64,000 bases of DNA from Tubiluchus corallicola (Eukaryota > Animalia > Priapulida): assembly GCA_030141605.1 (NCBI GenBank), contig JAQGDQ010002370.1:585167-649166 (forward strand), given 5' to 3'. The notes beneath the pieces were generated by a model. It worked only from the letters and a program-made list of their open reading frames with translations. It was not told the origin of the DNA and ran no database searches. Below are positions 27,011 through 42,000 of this stretch, piece by piece. Within the stretch, counting starts at the first letter, position 1. Each line of letters starts with the position of its first letter. Position numbers and translations under genes: made by a program.

Positions 27011-28183
27011 GCCATGTGTTTTAACTACACTGAGATAGAGAAGAAACCTCGAACACATACTCTGTGATAAGGGAACTTGAAAAAATGTGCAGGTATAAAA
27101 ACTATTGTCAAACCGAATAGAGAGCATATTGTATTTTGGTTTGTTACTTCTTGTATGTTGGCAACTTGGGAATTGATTTAAGCTATTTACATTTGAACAG
27201 AATCACTGGTTCACATCCAGAGGGCAAACCCAGAAGACACGCCCAGAGGACGCACGCAGAGGACAAGCCCAGAAGACACGTCCATGCAGAAGGACGGGGT
27301 CGAATCTACATGGTTGATAAAAGAATTGGCTGCAATTGGATCACGAAAGTTTTGTCAAGTGACAGTGGGCACAGGATGATTGCATATTTGGTCATACATG
27401 TATCAGTTATTAATTAACAGCTTCCGCCATCAGTAATTTTGTGTAGCGAATTATTTCATTTTTTAAAGGCACAAGTTTTTTTAGTTTTTAAATGCATAAG
27501 TTTTTTTTTAGAAAAGTCGCAGACTGGTGTTAGTCAGTAGTGCTTGATTTACTGTCATGCCTTGTTTAGACTGTGCCATATAAGAGAGGCCCTGCATGGG
27601 AAAACGAAATTTATTTTTCATTTGCCTTCCTCGCACCACAGAGGTGTCTGAAAAAACAGATATGACGTCACCGGCGGCCAGGGCATGACAGGAGTGCAGA
27701 CAACAACATCATTTCCTGCAAAATTGACAGATTAGTTCTTTCGTTTTAGCATAAATAAAAGCAGCAAGTGTATTATTTTTCCACGTCTCAACATTTTTCA
27801 CTAGCTAATCGTTACAATGTTGAATCAAAAAGAGTTTGTACCAAACTGGAGCTCTCTTATATCCAGATCTTATATCTCTTATTTCCCAGTCTAAGGACAC
27901 ACATGTCAAAATACTTAGCTTGGAAAAAGAAGTAAATTAAAAACCACTGACTAGCAACTGACTCTCACTTTTTTTAAAAATAGAACTTTACACGTTTTAG
28001 GTGGAAAATGTACTATAAAAATATAAGATTATGAATTAACTAAAAAAACAAGATTAGGATTGCTGATTAAAGAAAAATAAAATTATTAAAATGAATGATA
28101 CATAGTTTGACCAAATGTGCTCTGCTTCACCCACTGTAGCTACTAGCTTGAGGTACTAGTCGAAACACTCGGGATTCCAATAA

Positions 28184-28546
28184 GCCTTTTCACTTTTCCA
28201 GCGATTGATGATGATCGTGAAAAGTCACAGGTTGCCATACAAAGCATTTTTGTGTACTTCACAACGCCTCGCAGCCGTTGCTGTTGAAATAGTAATAGTT
28301 TTAAGCTTGCCTAATTTATTTTTGTTGTTCCCAAGCAAAATCTTGCTAGTAAATCACTCTATGCGCAGACTAATGCATAGTTAAGTAAAGTCCATGTAAA
28401 ACAACGGAAGTTACTTAACTAATCCAGCAGACGGCTTTGCTTTACCCCCACGTCTCGTGACGGTTGCAGTTAAGACGCGTTGCTGTGGTATATTTAACCT
28501 TTGACCTTCTCACGATCATCATCAATCGCTGGAGCTGTGGAAAGGC
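28184..28546. mobile_element. MITE with ~45-bp inverted termini (PIF/Harbinger-like)
   Basis: gccttttcac..ccagcgattgatgatgatcgtga pairs with tcacgatcatcatcaatcgctgg..gtggaaaggc. Flanks are TAA/TCA. Confidence 0.65.
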
Positions 28547-28549
28547 TCA

Positions 28550-28878
28550 TTCTTGAATTCAAAATTAGAACTAAGAGCAGGATTCTTTAGGAAAAAACTC
28601 ACATTCTTTAAGGAAAAAAACTCAAACAGAACAGGTATCGTAGATCATTGTCACAGAAGTTTCAGATGGAGATGCCGGGGAGTCTATAATTTGTTTTGTT
28701 GAGTAAGATTATCACTAAATTCCAAGCAAGGACTTAGAAGTTGTTTTTACATTTTAAAATTCACCAAATTAATGATTAAGAGCACTTTTTTTATGCAAAC
28801 ATTTGCAAGCTCTCTGCAGGAATTTCTGCATTATTTCTTAAAGAATCCTGCTCTTGGTTCAGATTTTGAATTCAAGAA
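28550..28878. mobile_element. MITE with ~40-bp inverted termini, abutting the previous element
   Basis: ttcttgaattcaaaattagaactaagagcaggattcttta pairs with taaagaatcctgctcttggttcagattttgaattcaagaa. Confidence 0.7.
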
Positions 28879-29074
28879 GAACTGGCTTCTGCTTCGAAAT
28901 TTCTTAAACTGTGGAATACTGTTTTATTTTATAACATTTTAAATTTTAAACACAAATTATAATTGCAAGTTTTTTGTGTCTCTTTCACGCTGAAATAAAT
29001 AGTAATTAATCAAAAGATCTGATGAATTTCTAGTGTTTTGACTAGTACCAAACTACAAGAGGGAGGAAGTAATT

Positions 29075-29480
29075 GTGAGTGAGAGAGTTTGAGGGAGAGC
29101 AAGTGAGGGAGAGAGGGGGAGGAGTCTGAAGGGGTGTGGGAGTGTGATTAGAGGGCGAGTGGGATGAGGATGTGGGAGGGGGCGTGGGTGTGGGAGGGGG
29201 CGTGGGTGTGGGTGTGGGGAGGGTGAGTGGTAGTGGGAAGGGGATGGAGTGGGTGTGGGGGGCGTGGGTGTGGGAGGGGGCGTGGGTGTGGGAGAGGGTG
29301 TGGGTGTGGGAGTGGGAAGGGGATGGAGTGGGGGTAGGGGGTGTAGGAGGGCGAGGGAGGGAGTGAGAGAGAGAAGGGGGAGAGGGAGTAGGAGGGCAAG
29401 TGAGCAAGTGTCAGAGAAAGTAAGGGAATGGGATTGGGTGCAGGAATGAGTGAGTGTGTGAGAGAGACAAGGATGAGAGG
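29075..29480. repeat. G-rich low-complexity tract (GGGTGT/GGGAG), G-quadruplex-prone
   Basis: Dense GGG runs with 1-3 nt loops, e.g. gggaggggg-cgt-gggtgtggg. Confidence 0.85.
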
Positions 29481-30317
29481 GATGTGTTTAGCAGTAATGA
29501 AATGTATACTCTGCATCACTGCTGAATGCATCCCTGTCATCCTGTGTTGTTTTTACAGAAAAAAAGCAGCAGATCCGATGTACAGATGCTCTGCCTTCCA
29601 CAGTAACTGTTTCATGTCATTTTCATAGAAGATCTACCAAGTGCTATCGATTCTGCCAGAGAAAATGCAGCGGGACTTTTCGTTGTGAATGTTCTTTGCA
29701 TTAATATTCTTTGCAACCTTGTACTTTTTTTTTAGCTCTACCTAATCATTTTTACGCATTTTTTCACTGTACTCATTCATGATTGTGTAAATTTGTGTTG
29801 ATATTTCTGCATTCACATTTACCACAGTTATTATTACCACAATTTTTTCACATTTAATTAATACACATTGTTTATCCACTTTTTGCTCTAAATGTCTTGT
29901 GTTTTTTCATTTCTGATTTATATATTATTTCATTGATTCGTATTCTAAATTTCCAAATAAACTATTTTTTGTTAAACACATAGTTTTAGCTAAATGTATA
30001 ATTACACAATAAACAATTTTCAAGCAGTTTTCTAGAACAAACAGTTTGTAGGTCAAAGGTTAAGCAACAATCCACGCAAAATGAGGTACATAACTGTACT
30101 GCATTTGGTGTACATCTGCTTCAAACACAAACGTCCCAGGTCCGAGTCTTCGTATCAATTTAAATTTTGCTACTTGATTTGTATTCCTATATTTTCTGAA
30201 ATACGTATGGTATGCTTATCATAAATTTATAAGGGTAGGTACAGTAAGTACAAAGGATTACGTATTACAAAGATCTCAACACCACCACCACTTTCCTCAG
30301 CAAATTAGCTCTATCTT

Positions 30318-30435
30318 CAAACTTTTATTTCAAACTTTTTAATTCAAACTTTTTTTCAAACTTTTATTTGAAACTTTTTAATTTAAACTTTTATTTCAAA
30401 CTTTTATTTCAAACTTTTTATTTCAAACTTTTTTA
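30318..30435. repeat. 13-14 bp minisatellite (caaacttttattt)n
   Basis: About 9 tandem copies of caaacttttt/attt. Confidence 0.85.
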
Positions 30436-30661
30436 TGACAACCGGATGGTTCTGATTTAGAAAAATGAAATTAATAACTAGGCTTATAAATAAAAATTTT
30501 ATCAGCTACTAATTCTATAACAAAAACGGCAAAACAAATTTCACATAAACTTAAATTCAAGTTTTTTAATATTTATTTACTTTGATTGGATCAGAGAAAA
30601 TGTATTAGTTAATTGTACGTGCAACTGGGCTACTAAAAAAACTAAATAAAAGTTATATTAT

Positions 30662-31282
<621 letters not shown>

Positions 31283-31450
31283 ACTGCCAATATGGCTTTT
31301 CAACGATCTTTTTAGAGTATCACTTTATTTACATAAAAATTTGCTTAAAACTTGAATTCAGCTAACACTTATTTTTAACAATTTAAAATTAACAAATTAA
31401 CTGACTTGAGAAAAGAACTTTCCAATTGTTCTTCAAGATTAGATTCAGAT

Positions 31451-31467
31451 CTTACTTACTTACTTAC

Positions 31468-31530
<63 letters not shown>

Positions 31531-31556
31531 TACTTACTTACTTACTTGCTTACTTA

Positions 31557-31590
<34 letters not shown>

Positions 31591-31627
31591 TACTTACTTA
31601 CTTTCTTTCTTTCTTTTACTTACTTAC
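31451..31627. repeat. (CTTA)n/(CTTG)n tetranucleotide microsatellite
   Basis: Direct reading of the sequence. Confidence 0.97.
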
Positions 31628-33077
31628 ATATCTAATTCCGCCTAACTTTCCTAGTCGCGCTTACTAGGGGGAGATAAGACGTCTAAATGAATTGGATATA
31701 GATATTTCCGCTGGCTTAAACCACACTTAAGACAGCGAAACAGTCGTGAGAGCAGTACATGAATTCGTGCCCAGATACTTAAATCAGTCAGATCGAATCA
31801 AATTTATTTTTATAAATATGTAAGCTTATAAAATACGTGATAATACATTAAAACCATAATGATTTGCACTATGTCATTTTTGTCAGTACATTGTTGATGA
31901 ATCCTCGCAGACTTGGTCAGGTCAGCAGATATTACAGTAGTTAAGCAGCCCAATCATATTGAATCATTTTTCCCTTTCCTTTACTAATGTAGGCGTGTAA
32001 CTCTTTTGCATTTGTTTTAATTGTTTTACATTTTTATGAATTTTGTTTACAAATAATTTTACTTGCTAACATGCAGCTGACATGGACTGTTCTCCTGATT
32101 TTTACCCTAGCTACTTGTTGGGAAACATCCACACAACGTTATTCTACCCATAATGTAGTCACAAATGAGTTTATAAATGAAGGAAATAATTAATATGCAC
32201 TTCCGCATTTGTAGGTATTGTAAAGAACAAAATAATAGAGCTTATATCTTGTAGACATGGCCACAAGTTTTGCACACAAAATTATTACCCACCAAGGCAA
32301 TTACTGTCGCAAACGACGAAGATGTTAAAGAACCTGTTGGTACGTCATCAAGAAATTGTTGCCTGGCTGCTCCTTTTAAATTAAAATCAACATTTTAACT
32401 CCGTTAGTTATCATTTTGAGAGAGGACTTACAAGTACATATGCCTGTACCCGCTCTGTATCTTATGGGGGGGGGGGCAACGGTTATCTTTGACATCTACT
32501 TGTTTCTTCATTATAATTTAACTTGCAAGCAACAAGTTGGCTCATTCTGGTGATATTATAAGAATTATTGTTAGGTCCAAAGTTTTTTCTGCATCATAAA
32601 TCTTTCTATACTTTCCCTGTTCAAACTTGTACGATAGTGCACGGGTAATATCCACATATTGGGGCCCTACATGAAGCTTAAAATATATACATGCATAGTG
32701 CCGCCAGTGACGAATAGGTCAATGTGAGTTCAATTCTGGCTTAACTGTTACATTTTAGTGCATGAAGGCTACAACTACTATTATTAAAGCTGGACGTTGG
32801 ATCTTACTAGTCTATGTTTATATCTAAAGTGCAAATGGCCTTGATTCATGTTTTAGCGCAAAAGTACAGCTTACTTTATCAATATAGTACCATGGCTATG
32901 GCAAATATTTGTTGGTATATGTGTGCAGCGATATCACAAACATATCTCAGTGTATAATATTTATTTAGTGGCTTAATGTCTCACTGTAATTCTGAAAACT
33001 GCTGTTATAAACATCAGTAGCAGCTAGCAAGTAAGAATAATTTTCAAACGTATGAAAAGAACAACAGTCAAGTAAAT

Positions 33078-36000
33078 ATGGAGGAAGCTCGTTCTTTGCC
33101 TGCACTTCATGTGTCTGGAAACTATTATTCAGTGGGATATGCTATTGTAAGTTACCTTTTTATATTAAGGTTATAGACTGTGTGTAGTGTTTTGTCACTA
33201 ATAAGATGCTGTGTAGTACATATTTGAATGCAGCAACTTCGAATTGGTTTTTCATTTTTAAGTCCCCTAACTTCCCGAGTTTGCAAGTCTGGGCACCTTG
33301 TGTCAGCCGTTGTCTGTCAACAATCTGAGTTTAAGCCAGTCAGGCCTGAATCACTAGGAGGTAGCCTTGAGATTTTTTGTGTGGAAACACTTTGGGGCAA
33401 AATAATGATCAATGTCAAAGGTCACCGCGAGAGTATATCAAGAGTAGGGATAAACAGGTCGAAATCTCAATAGCTGCACAGCAATTGGATGTTGCAGGTC
33501 AGCTCAGTGCAAGGAATTAAAATAAATTGCCACCTACTGACAACTCAACATCGACAAAAAATATTTATGCCCTCCCCAGGGAAGAGAGAGGGCAGATCCA
33601 AGATTCGAGCAATTGCAACTATAGTGTTATAAAGGTAGGTTTTAGCTGCACGTGCAGACAGTAGATGAACGACGACAACGTTTGGGAAATGGTGGGCAAT
33701 GACTCTGGAGTCAAAGGCCGGATAATGTGGCCGAATATTAGGCCAGTAATTGCTTGACAAAATTTGAAAGTGAAAAGCATCTGACCTTGTTTGACCTGGC
33801 GAAGTCCTATCAAATGAAAATTTGTGAATCAAATTTGCCAAAATGAATGACTTGTATATTGTGTAAATGTCAAAGATTTTCAAGGTATCAAGCACAAGAG
33901 TCTGGGAAGGTGGACTTACTGCATCATTGATACTCTGGGTAGCTTTTTCTTTATTCATTCTGTGAAATTATTATTTTAATTGTAAAAACATGTTTTTCTT
34001 GCAGGGAAAGACTTTCAGGCAGCAAATTCAGGAATATTTTGAAACTAACACTGACATAAAAGATGCCATAATCCCATTCTGTAATACAGATGAGGGAAAA
34101 AAGGTATACACTTATTTTATTTTTAAATTTTATGAAATTAGATGTGTCACTAAATTAAGTCTAAATCAGATACAGGTTTGTATTTTTGTGCATAATATAC
34201 AATTTAGCTTTTATGATTCATTTGATAATGGGGCTACAGTACATTTTGTTAACATTATTATTAATAATGTAAAAGGCCTTAGTACATAAGTTAGTTGAAC
34301 TATTGTTGTCATTGATATTTTGTCGGGTACATATTATAGTTGTGACATAAGAATAAACCTATAGTCTAGTTTTTGCAGTAAAATTCAAATTAATTTTTAG
34401 TTTTAACACTTCAAATGTCCAAAATCAAAGTCGCTGGCAACCGAAGGACTTGGTTGTCGGGACCCTATAGCTGTATACATCAATATTAATTAATGTAAGC
34501 AAATAAAAGGATTTGCAGTCATTCAATTTTTTTAAAAGCATAATGCATGAGTAAATTCCTCCCAGATACATTGAACAGATTTTCAAGTTTCCATAACTTT
34601 ATACTTCACAGATTTATGAAGAATTTTTGGTCACCACGCAAGACTCATTTCCTCAGTATGTGACAGAATTGCAAGGGATAGCAGACGGAAGCAGTTGTTC
34701 ATTTGAAAAAGTAATTATTCAAATGTGCATGTGTAAAAAATGGCGTGCATAGAAATACATAAATGGCACATTTGCACTCTCCAACAAGAAATCATAAAAT
34801 ACATGCATGGTTTTGAATGTATAGCCTTGATGCTGTGGCATCATTAATAATGGCATATAGCAATAGAATTTATTTTTTTTATTGCTGGCTTGCTGCAGGG
34901 ACTACCATAAATGCTCTCTTGACCACTCTTAGAAGTCGCTTGCGTATTTTTACTTTTACTTTTACTTTTACTATAATGCTTTGTCTTTGTGTACTTTTAT
35001 GTTGGAACTAGTAATCGTTTGCTACAGAATTTTAAATGTAATAGCGATAATTTTAGGCATGTAATAATGTGCCAAGCTTAGCTTTTGCCGAAACATATCT
35101 TGTATTTCAGAAGGACATGCATTCAGATTTACTAGAAAATCACTCATTAATAACGCTGTCAGGTATTTCCCAGATTTCCATTTTTTAGTTGTTTATGAAT
35201 ACCATATCACAAGAACTGATTGCTATGGGCATACTGGATTCTGACAGATTTCGCAAAACCTGCAGTGAAGTTGACAGAGGATCGATCGGTTGTACAGATA
35301 TTTTTTTGAATAATCCTGAAGAGGTATTTTTTATGTACAATCTCTCTGTGTTGGTGTTCCTTCATCATTCTAGTGGTACTTTGCTTTTGATATATTTGAT
35401 CTTGTGCACACATTATGTAATGAAGAGTTACATATGTGGCATAACACACCACACACAGATTTTTCTGAAAAAATGACCATTATTGTAAAACTTGTTAAGC
35501 AGATTCTTATCTGTTAAACAGACAATTTTTACAAGACGTACGACCGTGGATATTTTCTGAGAAAATTTTATTGCTTGTTGTAAGGAGCAAAGTGCTCAGT
35601 AACAGCTAGGTTGGTTTAATGTCTGTGATTATTTTAAAAATGAATATTACCATAAAGAGTTGCTTTGCTAAGTTGCTCTTTCATCTGTACTGATCAATGT
35701 ATGTTTGGAAGAGGAATCCGGAAAACATTCATAAACAGTGTTAAGAAGCATTATACACCACTGCTATTTTTCTCCACAATACGAGTTTTTATGTACACTG
35801 GTATTCATCGTATTTCCTGGAATTGCAAAAATATTTATGCTATGCATTTGTATAATATTGCAAGATAAATGCTTAGAAAAAGCTAGTACACATTTGTGTC
35901 TAATATATTAGAGTAGCCTTAATATATCGTTGTATCGTTATAAACTAATTTTGTTTGTATATCATTTTCTAGTTTGCACTTGGACATAATGAGGACTATT

Positions 36001-38750
36001 TCTTGTGTCTGGAACACTCATATGGGATGATAACAGCTCATATAATCAGTGATGAGCCAATGGGCAAACATGGTGTCCTAGAAGAAGACTGGACTGCCAT
36101 TTCATTTTTTGGTTTCACACCTGGATACAGCATTGGCTTCAACAAACATGGAGTCATCTATACTCTAAATGATGTAATACCAAATGGATGTCGACGAGGA
36201 AAACTACGTAAGGATATAACAAAAAAGATAATTTTCTGGGTTTGCACACCCATTTGCACTTGGTTGTGAGATTCGTGTCTAAACAAACAGTTCAAAGCTC
36301 ATACGATCCCAGTGTTATTTACAATTAAAGGGCCATTGTTCATGATGGTTGTAGTCCCTAATTTTCAATAGCAATGTGGTTGCAAACAGAATTCTCATGT
36401 TATAATAAGGGAGTTTCATTTGAAACCTGGCACTGAAAAGTTAAGTCAAAGCTTTTATACAGTAGGTCGGCATCAGTTTCTTTCTATTTACTAGGGGAGC
36501 TCTACATGTATATTAGTACATTAATTTTATATTAAATGAGCTAGGAATAAGTTTTGCAAGGATGCTTTTTAATATATAATTACAATAATAAAATCTCCTT
36601 TGTGGAAAATGGAATATATTATTGTTAGATTGTAATGCGTTAAAAAATTGTATGGTTTTATTTTTTAGCTGTGCCGATAATGGTCAGGGCAATATTAGCA
36701 GCTCGTTCCAAGGCAGAAGTGGAAGATGTGTTACGAGATGAAGGTTGTGGGATAGCGTCTGGCATCAGGTAACAGGATTTTATTAAAACCATTAGCTTCC
36801 TACACTATTTTAGCCACTCAAGTTTGCCTGTTTGCTCTTTATGTATGGCCAAATGACTGACTTCAATGAAATTTTGCATGAATAATACTAGGGCCACTGG
36901 GACAGACATAGGGGGAGGGGGTCAATTTTCGCACACTTCAGTATTACTGTATTTCAAAGGAAAAATTCTTTCAATGGCATGGTAACTCAAATATTGTATT
37001 ATAGTAACACAATAATCAAGAGAAAGGTGTCATGCCGCTCTGCCTAAAATAAATTTAAAGATAAATTTAACGCAAAAAAGCCTCATTTTAAAATTTTCTG
37101 CAGACTGCCTGCAAAGAGAGAGATAAAGAGAAGTGAGGATGCAAGCAAACCGAGCAACATTGTAAAAGTGAGCTTTGCTCGCCAGTTTTTGTTTATTAAT
37201 AATCATAATACAATTCAGAGCTGCTCAACACTTTCATACTGAATAGCTTCAGTCTTGTTCCTTGTCATAGTCTTCATACATGTAATCTTTTCCTTATTTT
37301 AAGTTTGTGACATTTACTGCTCACTCACATACAATGTTGAAAAATTAATGTTACCAAACTGAATCAGGTATCTTTACAATATGCCAGCTTAATAAGAAAA
37401 CCTGCCAAACTTAAAACAGTATTGCAAGCGCTGTAGAATTTTGTTAAAATTGGCATGGTGTGATATAGTGTCTGACAGCATGCGATTTTTTTGCTTGTAG
37501 CGTAAATTTAATGCAACCTTCAGAAAAAATGATATCTAACTACGAAGTTGCATATCCGCAGTATGATGAAACAGCCTCAAGATTAGACGTCTGTGTGATG
37601 AAAGAAAAAGATCACTGCATGACAGTACCAACAAGATACCATGTCAACATGTATGCATTAAATATATTATTCATTCAACTGATTCGTTACAAATGATTAA
37701 AATCACGATTGGATAATAATGTGCAGCAACACAGAAAAATATTGATGTTGATGTACTAAAGGTGGTACATAGTACTTAAAGACTGAATGCAATCAGTGTT
37801 AACTTTCCAGATACCACAGAATAAATGCAGGCTGTGATGTACCAAGTCTTGTTGCATCATCAAAGCATAGAGAGGCAGTGATTCGGAAAGCGCCTCCAAT
37901 AAAAACAATTAGTGAGATTATGGAATTGTTAAGTGACTCTTCCGACGAAAAATTTCCGATTTTCCGTTCAGAAAGAGTTCATCCAATGAAAAGCATTACT
38001 TTATTTACAGGTAAGTTTGTAACCTGAAATGGCTCTTCGCATTCATTAATCTGCTAGTTTAACTCGGGGTTCAATTATGCAAGAGTGCGCTGTGCTAGTG
38101 TACATTTGTGACATTGTAGTAAACAGTCTTCTTTATTTACAAGTGGTTACCAGAGTGTTATTCTCAATGACCAGATTTCTCCATTCACCATGTCAATGAA
38201 GGTGTTAAATAATGACCAAAGTTGGTTTCCCAGACTCTCTGCTTTTACTTTATCAAGTGATATATTTATGACAATAATTTATTTGCATATAGCCATGTAT
38301 GCTAAAAATTCTAATTCATTAGTATCGTATCATGCCCATTCTGTTCAAGGCGGTCAGTTAAGTGCTAGTTATCTACGGTGCTGAAATCTTCTCTGAGACT
38401 GGGAATTACTGCTAGATTTAACACTAGAAAAACCGAACTGACCTCCTTTTCCTGATCAAGATACAGACTTAGTTGATGATTTTGGGAATTGCTGATTCAA
38501 CCCTTATTTAAATTAAAAGAACCAACTCGACGATGTTGCTATTCTCAAAAATACTTGATACATAATGTGTTTCTAATTTTTTATATTTTAAGTACTGGAA
38601 ACTCGAAATTTTGAAAACAGATCTGATAAAGATTTTTACTGTCTTTTTTCAGCTATCTTCGACTTGAACAAATACACATGCTCTTTATACCTGGACAGGT
38701 GTTCTACAAGCAGTGGACCATTAGCAGTGTTTAACTTGCCACGTAGTTAA
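33078..38750 (+). CDS. tan: C45 family Ntn-hydrolase, tan-like, paralogue B, 9 exons, ~394 aa
   Basis: Exons 33078-33146, 34005-34103, 34612-34710, 35189-35323, 35973-36207, 36669-36768, 37501-37650, 37811-38010, 38653-38750; total 1185 nt, intron phases identical to paralogue A. Motifs: LPALHVSGNYYSVGYAIGKTF, FPQYVTELQGIADGS, G|CTD, GHNED, GFTPGYSIGFNKHG, VRAILAA, YHVNIY, SSKHR, LSDSSDEKFPIFR, TLFTAIFDL. The symbol denotes family resemblance only. Confidence 0.93.
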
Positions 38751-39070
38751 CATCTGAAATAACACCTAACAAATACTTGTAGTATACAAAGGTTTATTTG
38801 GAATACAGTCAATGGTTATAGAGTATCTGTACAAAAAAAACTATTCTCAAATTAAAACCCTCATCACTTACAGCTGTTTGTAATGCTTTGTAATCATTTA
38901 TGTTATTTCTGCTGAACTTTACACTATCATAAGCCTTCACACTATTACTAGCATAAACATTTTCTTGAAGTCACACCGAGTTGAGCAATTATGAACAATA
39001 ATGATTCAGACCACAATAGCAACTACCAAAATTACTAAAATTAGATCATCATATTATGCTTTTATGCCGT

Positions 39071-42000
39071 CTAATTTTCTCCTTCCTCTGATTGCAGTAC
39101 CCTTTGATATTGCGAAGTCCAGTTCTGTGGTACAAAACCCTCTCCATACATCTAAAAACAGAAAAATACAAGACAATGAGATTTGTGCTATAAATTCGCA
39201 AAAAACTTGCTTGTTCATGAATTAATGGAGTTACAATTTTATAACCTTCAACAAGAATAAGCTAACAAAAGAAATGAAAAATGCAACATTTCACTTGTAA
39301 TATCAAGAAAGGTTTATATGTTTGGTACAAAAACGATCTTCATTTATTGTACGTCTACTAAAGATATACGTAGTTAATATATTTTAGGTATTGTGTATAC
39401 AATATTTGCTAAGCATATTTAAGCTTATTATCAACAAACAATAATCATCAAATCTTCGTCAGAAAATAAGCTCCACATAAGTAATTACTACAGATACAAA
39501 GAAGCTTGCACAAGATAAGGGACACAGTAGTTTTAAAAACATTTAAAAACTGGAATTTGATACTCAAGTGCTCTAATCATTTTAATAACTGAATTAATAA
39601 AAAATGTAAGAAATCTAGTTGCCTACCTTGCAAACAAACTTTAAGCAATCTCTCATCTTCAGTTCGTGCTGTGCTCGTTCTCCCCAGCTAACTTCATTCT
39701 GTGGTGGATCAGTACCCTGTATTCTTTCGAAGTTTAGATACAACTCTCGTGTAAATTCCTGAGTCACTAATTTTCGAACATCGCCAAACACCGGGTGGTT
39801 CTTGCTAGATGTGCGTGCAAGACAAAAATGACATTTTTAGTATTTGGAACATTTAAGATGAAAACCAAAATTAATGCTATTAGAAGTTTTGTGTCATATA
39901 ATATATTTTGTAAATTTCTTTTGTACCCAAAAAGAACTTTTATTAGGAGTCTCGGTTTCACATTTGCTTGCTGCTTACTGTGGCTGCTTTAGTATTTAGG
40001 TGTATAAAAAGAGTTGCATTGACTTGTATACAAGTGATATGTACATATAGCATGCTGTCCGATGATAGTGTGCACCAAAGAAATGGTGCCAAATTACCGC
40101 TCTTAGAACATTCGCTTAGGCACAGCATTTACTGCAGTTTTTGAGGTAGAATTCTTGTCTATTCTATGTATAAATATCAGTCACTGCAGACTAATATTAA
40201 ATAAACTGTAGTAGAAACAATTAGCAAAACATGCTTACAATTCCACAGCTGCCATGTCTGGTCTAGTTCACATGTGATAGTTCTACAATTATTGCATGTT
40301 ACCATGGCAACAAAATTCATCATATTATACACAATTAGAAAGCCCGTGAAATTCTCTATCTAACCACATGAATTTTTAATCAGGTGTTTCCACCGAGAAA
40401 AAATAAAGTAGAACACAAAACCTAGTTGGTTGCTTTTAGTTGAGATGTTTTCATGGATATTCAAAACTTATGTAAGGTTATAGTTTAAATTACAATCACA
40501 GTTCACTGAATTTTCATGTTGGTATAACAGTGTAACCTGTTAAATGTGCACCAGCACGTTCATTTGCTGTTATTTACTAATAACAGATTGGTGCCCATTT
40601 GAGGCGATGTATACTAATACCAGACATGATGATATCTAGTAGCTACTTACTCAGATTCTTTTATTCCAAGTTTCTTCAGAAACTGCCACAAAATAGCTAA
40701 AAAACATAATGTACAATAAGCCAAAACAATTAGCACCTTGGGGAAATTGCCTGTCAAATACTCTTGTTTAATGCGACAAGCAGGAAAACCATTCAGGTTG
40801 GACAAATAAAATAAAGTTTGATGCACAGAAAAAACTATTAGTCTTTCAACCTGGTAAAATTGTTGTATTAGAGACTCACACCACCATGTAGCCTTTTCCT
40901 ACGAGTTGTAAATTGCGCTCCAAAAGCTCCTTTAAAAGGTGCTGACAAAATTTTTGTATAGATAATGGACAAAAGCAGTCATTTTAGATGGCACATTTGA
41001 CAGCTTGTTTTGCCTGTCAACCCCAGATGGACATGGTGTACAAAAATTGTCCTAGCAGTGCTTGTAAGGGGTCTTAGAGGCAAATTTATAGTCCTTTGGA
41101 AAAATGAGAATCCAGGCTACAAGATGCGAATCTCTTTTACAAATGCCTGTACTAGGATAAGAGGCTAAGAGTTAGTATGAGGAAATGTTTTTTCTGAACA
41201 ACCCTGTATTAGGTTCATTAAAAAATAATATGATGCTTACATTCTGCTACAGGACTCTCCTGCATAAACAGAAATGAGAGGACTGTCATTAGGAGCCCAT
41301 GTCGTGCATATTCCTCCTCCTTCAGCTTTAGATGCCTCTGATTTTCAAAACCATTCACAAGAATGTAACATGCCTTTTTGCTCTCCAATTCTACCAGCTT
41401 TATACCAAATGCCTAAACAAACAGTTCCAAATATAAAATATCAGTAACATAGTGATGTACATAATATCAACTACATATACAACTAACTTACAAGCTTTTT
41501 GTTGATTGTATTTTGAGCACTTTTATGAAACTATTGGGACAAAATGTGAAAACTATGTGAAACTGCCAAGACACTGTGACAAAGCCATGGTATTACAGTA
41601 TGCGCCGGAAAGGTTCACTTTGGGACAAAAGTGTTTTAACGCAATTAACCAACAGATGTAGTATTACTAATATAGAAGTGTGAATGAATCCTCATGAATG
41701 ATTTAGCATGAATCATCAGCTTAGTATGCACTGCAAAGGTTTTTAATGAATTTCAGAAATGAAGTAATGCCTAAATTCCTGTGCAGTAATTTAAAAATAT
41801 TAATTTATAGTGAATTAATAAAAAAGAAATTAAAAAAGTTTCCTTTTTTCATTCTCGTAAAATAGTGCTTGGCATGCTTGAGCTGCAGTTGGTGGTGCTC
41901 GTGTTTCCCCGCAAGTAGCTTCCTGGTCATGGTGATTTAGCAAGGTGACCTATATAGCTGAATCAATTTCAGCCAGCTCTCAAACTCTTTGTTGCTCATA

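Noticed and set aside
30100-30155. tRNA-like B-box (caggtccgagtc)
   Set aside because: No cloverleaf can be formed. At best a decayed SINE head.
33545-33958. 137-aa antisense ORF in intron 1 of hydrolase B
   Set aside because: No recognisable motif or splice structure. Probably decayed repeat sequence.
40880-40941. Possible cassette exon in an NSE3 intron (cag|...|gtgagt on the - strand)
   Set aside because: 62 nt would shift the frame and the peptide has no MAGE similarity. It cannot be supported without RNA data.
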